From Nanobdella aerobiophila (lineage in GTDB: Archaea > Nanobdellota > Nanobdellia > Nanobdellales > Nanobdellaceae), in assembly GCF_023169545.1 (NCBI RefSeq), contig NZ_AP019769.1, positions 570,001-602,000 of the forward strand: DNA of 32,000 nt, written 5' to 3'. Position numbers and translations under genes: made by a program. Below, one piece after another: positions 9,947 to 16,800 of this stretch (the stretch's first letter is position 1; every line of letters starts with the position of its first letter). Under the pieces are notes generated by a model. It saw only the letters and a list, made by a program, of their open reading frames with translations, did no database searches and was not told where the DNA came from.

Positions 9947-11308
9947 ATGGATATACTTGAAAAAATATCTTCATATTTACCATCTATAGAAGGTCCAAAA
10001 AAGATGGTCTCTCTGAGACATAAGATATATAATACATTATTAGTGATAGTATTATATACTATTCTATCTTCTATACCATTATTTGGTATATCTCCAGAGA
10101 TTTCAGCAAGATTTGAACAGTTATTATGGGTATTTGGATCCTCTCTTGGTACATTGGCAAGTGTTGGCATAGCACCAATAGTACTATCAGGAATTTTTAT
10201 GCAATTATTGGTTGGACTAGGAATATTTAGCATAAATACATCTACAGATGATGGAAAAGAAAAATTTGATAACTATACAAGAGGATTAGCATTCCTTTTC
10301 ATAATATTAGAATCTATAGTATTAATATCCAGTGGAAACTTACAACCAAATTTTCTACTTGGCATAAATCCTATATTAATATATATTATAATGTTTATAG
10401 AGCTAATTCTTGGTGGTATTATAATACTACTATTGGATGATTTTTCATATAAATACGGGATAACATCCGGAATAAATATAATTATATTCGCAATTATAAG
10501 TATTGCCCTTTCATTAAGATTATTCAACCCTTTATCACCACCCACAAGCATACAGTCATTATTTTCCCAACCTACGGGGTATATACCACAAGCTATATTA
10601 TATTTTATAGAAGGAAATAGTATACTTGGTTTATCTTATTTATTAGCAACAATAGCCACCTTTGGAATATTAATATTTGCAGTATATTTACAATATTTAA
10701 AGGTAGAAGTACCATTATTATATTTTAATATAAATGGAGAAATAATTAGATATCCTATACAATTATTATATACATCTGTAATTCCAGCAATATTTATCTA
10801 TGCATTGATAGTGGAAGTACAATCTATATTACATTTTAATACAAACAATATTATAGTACAAATATTATCTCCACCAAATTTAATAATAAATATAGGACAG
10901 TTCGGATTAAATTGGATTACAAATCCTATAAATATAATACACATAATTATATATTTCTTAATATTTACAATAGGTGGAATGTTTATATCAAAATTCTGGA
11001 TACATGCAATAGGTTTAGATCCTAAAAACTTAGCAAATTATTTAACAAAGGATCCCAATTCTCCAATGTATACTAGAGATCCAAGGATAATAGAGAGTAC
11101 ACTAAGGAAATATATAGATCCAATAGGCTATTTATCTGGATTTTTAATGGGTTTATTAGCCTCTTTAGGAGATATATTAAGTTCTGCTGTATCTGGAGTT
11201 AGCATATTATTATTAATAGTAATCGCATCACAAATATATAATGATTTAAATAGGGCAAATGCTACATATTTATTGCCAATAATTGGCAAATATTTGAATA
11301 AAAAATGA
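9947..11308 (+). CDS. secY: Protein translocase subunit SecY
   Basis: 453 aa with about 10 TM segments. The archaeal SecY N-terminus is present (LPSIEGPKK...IPLFGI), and the gene sits in the conserved position before L34e/L14e. Confidence 0.9.
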   Translation: MDILEKISSYLPSIEGPKKMVSLRHKIYNTLLVIVLYTILSSIPLFGISPEISARFEQLLWVFGSSLGTLASVGIAPIVLSGIFMQLLVGLGIFSINTSTDDGKEKFDNYTRGLAFLFIILESIVLISSGNLQPNFLLGINPILIYIIMFIELILGGIIILLLDDFSYKYGITSGINIIIFAIISIALSLRLFNPLSPPTSIQSLFSQPTGYIPQAILYFIEGNSILGLSYLLATIATFGILIFAVYLQYLKVEVPLLYFNINGEIIRYPIQLLYTSVIPAIFIYALIVEVQSILHFNTNNIIVQILSPPNLIINIGQFGLNWITNPINIIHIIIYFLIFTIGGMFISKFWIHAIGLDPKNLANYLTKDPNSPMYTRDPRIIESTLRKYIDPIGYLSGFLMGLLASLGDILSSAVSGVSILLLIVIASQIYNDLNRANATYLLPIIGKYLNKK

Positions 11309-11916
11309 TAGATTCATTATTCTTATATATATTAATACTAGTTATAATAATAAATATAGCAATAAAGTTCTTAGAGAAATATAATAATATAAAAGAGCAT
11401 ACTCAAAAGTTATCAGAAATGCAGAAAAAATATATGGAAACTATAAAATCTGGAAAGATAGATGAAATAAGCAAAATTAGTGATGAATTTACAAAAATAT
11501 ATTCTAAAGTTATGAAGCATACAATAATGGTCACAATAGTTGGAATAGCTGTATTAATAATAATAACTTATGTATTTTCTACAGGTTTTGTTCCAAAAAT
11601 TGTAAATAATAGTACTACTATATATATAAATAATCCAGTATTACATAATCAAGATTTTGCAATATACTATAATCACACATTTTTAGGATTTTATACTGCA
11701 AATAATAACATAATAACACTAAACAATAGTTATATAATCAATAAATTATCAATAAATCCAATTACATCTACCTTACCATTTAAAATACCTATACTAAATG
11801 TAAATTGGCTAAGTCCAATAATTACATATATTATTCTATATCTAATAACCCAATTGTTAATATTATTATATACAAGATTTATAAAAAAATCTCCAAAGAT
11901 AAATAAAAATGGCTAG
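11305..11916 (+). CDS. DUF106/EMC3-like membrane protein (archaeal YidC/Oxa1-type insertase candidate)
   Basis: 203 aa with TM1, then a charged coiled segment (KLSEMQKKYMETIKSGK), then TM2, then LPFKIPIL...W..YIILYLITQ. It occupies the position between secY and rpl34e where DUF106 sits in many archaea. Its start overlaps the secY stop. Confidence 0.55.
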   Translation: MIDSLFLYILILVIIINIAIKFLEKYNNIKEHTQKLSEMQKKYMETIKSGKIDEISKISDEFTKIYSKVMKHTIMVTIVGIAVLIIITYVFSTGFVPKIVNNSTTIYINNPVLHNQDFAIYYNHTFLGFYTANNNIITLNNSYIINKLSINPITSTLPFKIPILNVNWLSPIITYIILYLITQLLILLYTRFIKKSPKINKNG

Positions 11917-12175
11917 AACATATTTATACAGAAAAACACCTTCAGGTAATATAAATGTAATTGATAAAATAAGAAAAGGAGATATACCAAAATGTGCAAT
12001 ATGCAAAAGAAAATTACAAGGAATAAAAGATTTACATTCAGTAAGATTAAGGAGAATTAATTTATCTCAGAAAAGGGTCAGTAGGATTTATGGAGGATAC
12101 CTGTGTCATAGATGTTTAAAGAATTTATTAAAAAATATTGCAAGGGAAAGGTTAAAAGAGTTATCTATAAATTAA
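11909..12175 (+). CDS. rpl34e: 50S ribosomal protein L34e
   Basis: 88 aa. It has the L34e pattern YRKTPSG...CAICKRKLQG...YGGYLCHRC. Confidence 0.85.
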   Translation: MARTYLYRKTPSGNINVIDKIRKGDIPKCAICKRKLQGIKDLHSVRLRRINLSQKRVSRIYGGYLCHRCLKNLLKNIARERLKELSIN

Positions 12176-12181
12176 TGAAAA

Positions 12182-12538
12182 ATGGTATTACAAATTGGTA
12201 GAGTATGCATAAAATTGTCTGGAAGAGAAGCTGGAAATGTATGCGTAATAACAGATATAATAGACAATAAATTTTTACTCGTAGACGGGAATATAAAAAG
12301 AAGAAGGGTAAATATAAAGCACATAGAACCAACAGAAAAATTGATTCAAATAAAGAAGGGTGCAAACACTGAAGATGTTATAAAGGAAATGATAAAGAAC
12401 AAGATACCTGTATCTTATTGGAAATTAAAAAAAGAAAATTTATTAAACAATGAAATTGTAGAGCTATACAAGCAATATTTTGGTAATGATTGGGAGAAAG
12501 TTGCTAAATCCTTAGGTTCTCCAGGAAAGAAAAACTAA
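12182..12538 (+). CDS. rpl14e: 50S ribosomal protein L14e (KOW domain)
   Basis: 118 aa. The N-terminus IGRVCIKLSGREAGNVCVI...LVDG is a KOW motif typical of L14e, and the gene follows rpl34e as in other archaea. Confidence 0.8.
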   Translation: MVLQIGRVCIKLSGREAGNVCVITDIIDNKFLLVDGNIKRRRVNIKHIEPTEKLIQIKKGANTEDVIKEMIKNKIPVSYWKLKKENLLNNEIVELYKQYFGNDWEKVAKSLGSPGKKN

Positions 12539-12541
12539 TTT

Positions 12542-12552
12542 TTTGAGGAGGA
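12542..12552 (+). repeat. 11-nt direct repeat TTTGAGGAGGA, copy 1
   Basis: An identical 11-mer recurs at 12948-12958. The two copies bracket the small ORF and tRNA-Ala. Confidence 0.4.
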
Positions 12553-12569
12553 ATTTCACCCTTTTATAA

Positions 12570-12578
12570 TTTATAAAT
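12570..12578 (+). promoter_or_regulatory. Candidate TATA box (TTTATAAAT) for the 12600 small ORF
   Basis: Lies 22-30 nt upstream of the ATG at 12600, consistent with a leaderless archaeal transcript. Confidence 0.3.
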
Positions 12579-12599
12579 AATAATATTTTTAGTTTTTAT

Positions 12600-12767
12600 A
12601 TGGTTGCGAAACTATTAGAAAGCATAATAATAATAGGAAGTACTCTATTAGAATTATATTTATTGTGGGATCCAAACTTTTTTAATAATGAAGTTGTGAA
12701 ATTAGGGGCCGGAGGAGTTGTTGCTTTAGATATATTAGCTTTACTAGGTATATTAATAAATATATAA
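12600..12767 (+). CDS. Small hypothetical membrane protein (55 aa, two hydrophobic helices), absent from the ORF track
   Basis: My translation is MVAKLLESIIIIGSTLLELYLLWDPNFFNNEVVKLGAGGVVALDILALLGILINI*. A TATA-like element sits upstream and a T6 run follows directly downstream. Confidence 0.3.
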   Translation: MVAKLLESIIIIGSTLLELYLLWDPNFFNNEVVKLGAGGVVALDILALLGILINI

Positions 12768-12773
12768 TTTTTT
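12768..12773 (+). terminator. Oligo-T tract (T6), candidate archaeal terminator
   Basis: The T6 run begins immediately after the TAA at 12765-12767. Confidence 0.3.
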
Positions 12774-12832
12774 GAATTTAGAATTTTATTTAAAATTTTT
12801 TTATAATATCTATTTTTTATTTATATATGAAA

Positions 12833-12904
12833 GGGCCCGTAGTCCAGTGGTAGGATTTTGGCCTCGCTAGCCAAAGATCCCGGGTTCGAATCCCGGCGGG
12901 TCCA
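12833..12904 (+). tRNA. tRNA-Ala (anticodon CGC)
   Basis: 72 nt. The acceptor stem GGGCCCG/CGGGTCC contains the G3:U70 alanine identity pair. Anticodon stem is TTGGC/GCCAA with loop CTCGCTA, T arm is CCGGG-TTCGAAT-CCCGG, and the discriminator is A. No CCA is encoded. Confidence 0.9.
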
Positions 12905-12947
12905 TACAAAAATTATATAATACTAATAAAGTAGAATATAGCTTGTA

Positions 12948-12958
12948 TTTGAGGAGGA
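12948..12958 (+). repeat. 11-nt direct repeat TTTGAGGAGGA, copy 2
   Basis: Identical to 12542-12552. Confidence 0.4.
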
Positions 12959-12992
12959 GAGGTTAAATAAAGAAGAATTGGAAAAATGCAAT

Positions 12993-13106
12993 ATGATATC
13001 TACTATACCTACAAATGATAAATATGGTGTACTGAATTTAGCGGTATCTGCAATATTATATATGTATGAATTAAATAAGGAAAAATTCTTATATCTACTA
13101 ACATAA
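12993..13106 (+). pseudogene. Possible relic of the C-terminus of a SpoU/TrmH-type RNA methyltransferase
   Basis: The frame is open only from 12966. The translation ...MISTIPTNDKYGVLNLAVSAILYMYELNKEKF... resembles SpoU motif 3 (IP-x5-LN-x-S/A-V-x-AI-x-LYE). Only 88 nt separate it from tRNA-Ala, so the rest of the gene is missing. Confidence 0.25.
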
Positions 13107-13116
13107 ATATAATATT

Positions 13117-13482
13117 ATGTTCTTAGAAGAAAATGCTAAATACTTTGAAGAAAAAGCAAAAGAAGCTTACAAAGAAGGAAAATATAAATTTACACTATTT
13201 TTTACAGAACAAGCTTTACAATTATATTTAAAATATATTTTATATAAAAAATTTGAAGAGTATCCTAAAACACATAAATTAAAAGAATTATTTGAAATTT
13301 CAAAAAATATAAATAGTAAATTTATTGATTTCTATAATGAAAATTCTGATGTAATAGATCTAATAGAAGAAGCATATATTACTTCTAGATATTTAGATAA
13401 AGAATATAGTGAAAAAAGTGCAAAAAAGTCAATAGAATTAATTAATAAATTCAAAGAAGAATTCAAGGAATGGATAAAATAA
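13117..13482 (+). CDS. HEPN domain protein (PF05168-type)
   Basis: 121 aa, all-helical. It has the pattern ...EEYPKTHKLKELF...LIEEAYITSRY typical of archaeal HEPN partners of minimal nucleotidyltransferases. It overlaps the MNT gene by 13 nt. Confidence 0.75.
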   Translation: MFLEENAKYFEEKAKEAYKEGKYKFTLFFTEQALQLYLKYILYKKFEEYPKTHKLKELFEISKNINSKFIDFYNENSDVIDLIEEAYITSRYLDKEYSEKSAKKSIELINKFKEEFKEWIK

Positions 13483-13817
13483 CTGAATTTCATATATATT
13501 TAGTGGATCGATATAAAAAATTTAGAGATAAAAAATATTTAGAAAGATTAAAAGAAATTATAAATAATTATTTTAAAGATAAATTATATAAAATAATAAT
13601 ATTTGGAAGCTATATAAAAGGAAATATGCATCCTTTATCTGATATAGATATTGCAATAATATTAAAAGAAAATATAGATGAAGAAGAAAGAATGAAATTT
13701 TATAAACTAATAAATAAAGAATTTGGACTAAATCCATTTGAATTTCATATAATTAGTATAGATCAATGGGAAGAATGGTATAAAAAATTTATAGATGAGT
13801 ATAAAGAACTAAACTAA
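13470..13817 (+). CDS. Minimal nucleotidyltransferase (MNT, Pol-beta superfamily)
   Basis: 115 aa. It carries the signature IIIFGSYIKGNMHPLSDIDIAII (G-S-x9-13-D-x-D). Confidence 0.8.
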   Translation: MDKITEFHIYLVDRYKKFRDKKYLERLKEIINNYFKDKLYKIIIFGSYIKGNMHPLSDIDIAIILKENIDEEERMKFYKLINKEFGLNPFEFHIISIDQWEEWYKKFIDEYKELN

Positions 13818-16800
13818 TAATAATACCAAAGAAATTATCCCGACTAATAAGGGATAGTATATATTTTCTGATGCAACAAGGGAAGAATTAGATGAAGGAT
13901 AATTAACTACCAGATTATATTGCGCATCTCCTAAACTATTTCCATTTAAATTAAAATTAAATAATAAATTAGAAGATCCTGGATATAATGGTAATACGGA
14001 AAATTGTAGTATATAGGACTGATTTGGTTGCAGTTCAGATATATTTATATTATTAATATTTTGTACAGGTAAATTATTATATAATAATTCCGGCATATCA
14101 CCCATCTGTTGTAAACTAATACTAATATTATTTAATGTTACATTACCTATATTAGTTATATTTAATATCATATAATACGCAGGACTATTTAAATAGAAGT
14201 TGAGTGTATTCCCTATAGGATACTCTTTCTGATTAATATTGATAGGTACTACATATGCTTGTAATTGTACTATTCCATAATATGTTTCTGTATATATACC
14301 CTGTTCATATTCTAATGTTTCTGAAGAACATTGACCATTATTAGAACAAACCTCTATATCAATATTTAATAAGTTTGGAGGCGTATATGGTATATTAACT
14401 AATACAGAATTTTGATTATAAAATGTATTTGAATATCCATTATTAGTTGAAATAGATATATTGTTTATACTATAATAAGAATATCCAGTAATGTTCATTT
14501 CTAGGCTATTATTAGTAGAATTTAATAAATATATGTATATTAATGGTTGAGAAATACCAGCTTGATTTGACAAACCAACTATATTTATTATTTTAGAATT
14601 ACAATTTGATAATCCTGCATTTGTACTAGCACATACTGTTAAATTTGTATAATTTGAATACGGTAGATTTACTGTATAAGAAAATGTATTTGAATTAACT
14701 GTTGTTGAATATACTTGTGTTCCATTATCATATATTACTACATTATTTATACCTGATGGATATTCTGATGCATATATATTTGCAATTATTGATGTATTAG
14801 ATATATTTAATAATGTAATTGAAATGTTGGGTAAATTATTATCTATATTTATTGTTAATGAATTTGAATTAAGACAATTTCCATTATAACATGTTTGTCC
14901 ATAAACAGTATAAGAAGCTGGAGAAGTTAGTATGCATGAAGAATTAAAATCAGTGAAAACAGGCAAAGAAGAAGAGCAATAAATATTATTACTTACAAAT
15001 AATGTATAATTTTGTCCGCATCCTTGAATATATACATTGATAGGATTTGTTGACCATCCTGAATTGTAGTTTGAACTTATAGAAATTTGTTGTTGAATAT
15101 TATAAGTAAATATTGAAGATGAAGAAGAGCTAGGAGTAGATGCCGTTATTACAATAGAATATGAACCTGGAGGAGCTGTTGGAGAAGGAGATATTATTAT
15201 TGGTACTGAACAAGAATTTCCTGTAGTAGTACATGAATTTCCATTTGGAAATGAGCAAGTTATATCATTATATGATGGATTTATTGCTGAAATAGAAATC
15301 GAAGGCATAACCCCATTTGGAGGATAGGCACGGACTCTAACCCAATAGAAAGGACCAATTGTTGCTTGTGAACCCTGAGAATTTATTCCGCCAATTGGAT
15401 ACGCAGAAGTTGGCAAGGTTGTGGTAATTTTTTCTGAATTAACATAATCATAGGCAAAAAGAACGTAACCTGATGTTGGGAAGTAAATTGTCCAGACATG
15501 ATAACCTGTAGCTGAAATTCCTCCGCTTATGCCAGTTGTGTATGCACCGCTAGCACCACTAAGACCAGTTTGTCCAACGGCATTAGTCGTGTCTCCTTGG
15601 TTATTATTAGTATTTATTGTCCATCCTGCATCTACGCCTGCATTTCCAGTTCCAGACTGCACAAATCCAAATGCAGCATTATCGGTGCTTGTTGCTGGAG
15701 GGAAATCCCCATAAAAATCTAATATACTATTGTTATTATAGCCAAATGTAGATGAAGTATAAGCATAACCACTATATGCAACCGATAGTCCATTATTCAC
15801 AGTATAACTACCACTTCCAGTCCACCCACTTGGCAAACTCGTTCCAGCAAAGTTCCAATAGTAATTAAATACATCTTGTCCATTATCATATAATCCATAG
15901 TTTGGACATGTACTCATATTTGTATATCCTTCCGAATAACAATACCAATATGCAGAAACACCTGTGTAAGGGTAATATTGAGAATAATAATTAGCTGAAG
16001 TAGATCCAATATACATATATATTGTATAATTACTATTTGCAGGAATACCATTTGGTAGATTTATCCACCAGACGTCACAGTTAACTCCATTTATGTTATC
16101 CTGACCTTCGTACCATGAATATATATTCGGAGAACTACCAGAAGTTGTAAAATAAACATTAGATCCATTAGAATTAATTTCATTAAATAATGTTGGATTA
16201 TCTACATAAGCAAAATTATTACCAGCATTCGGGTTTCCATTACAAACTGCAATATCTTGTTGAAATGGAGCTGGAGTTGCTACAGATTGAGAATTTGATA
16301 TTGTTATCATACCACCAGGAAGCAAACAATAGAAATTAACTGCTGTTTGCTGAGAATAAGGATTATTTAAATTTGATGTTGCTCCTACATTTACTGAAGT
16401 TCCAGGACAAGATGTATAAGAAGACTGCGATAATGAAACCGAAGTAACTGAAACTGCAGGTGCGATTGAAATCGAAGGCATAACCCCATTTGGTGGATAT
16501 GCACGGATTCTAACCCAATCATAATATATATGAGAACCAGGTCCTGCATCTGCATAATTATCCCAATAGATAGTCGTTGCACTACTTATTGGATTTGCAT
16601 TTACTGTTCCACTATATCCTCCTGATGTAGAATATAACTGTGGTGCAATATATGCATAATAAGATGAAGAACCTGCAATATATGTTAAACTTGCGTATCT
16701 CCAATTTGAATTTGCAGTTCCTTGTGCATTTTGATCGAAAGTCATCGAACCAGAACTTAGATAATCCTGATCGAAATAATCTCCACCAAATTGTGTGCCT

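Noticed and set aside
5117-12365. Shadow ORFs 5117-5371(-), 6265-6567(-), 9241-9465(-), 9931-10233(-), 10273-10551(-) and 12165-12365(-)
   Set aside because: Each is fully or largely embedded antisense in a longer ORF that has clear family motifs or better coding character. None has motifs of its own.
12948-12958. GAGGAGGA read as a Shine-Dalgarno site for a downstream ORF
   Set aside because: The nearest ATGs (12986, 12993) are about 28-35 nt away. One of them terminates after 10 codons and the other gives only a 37-aa fragment. The spacing is incompatible with SD function.
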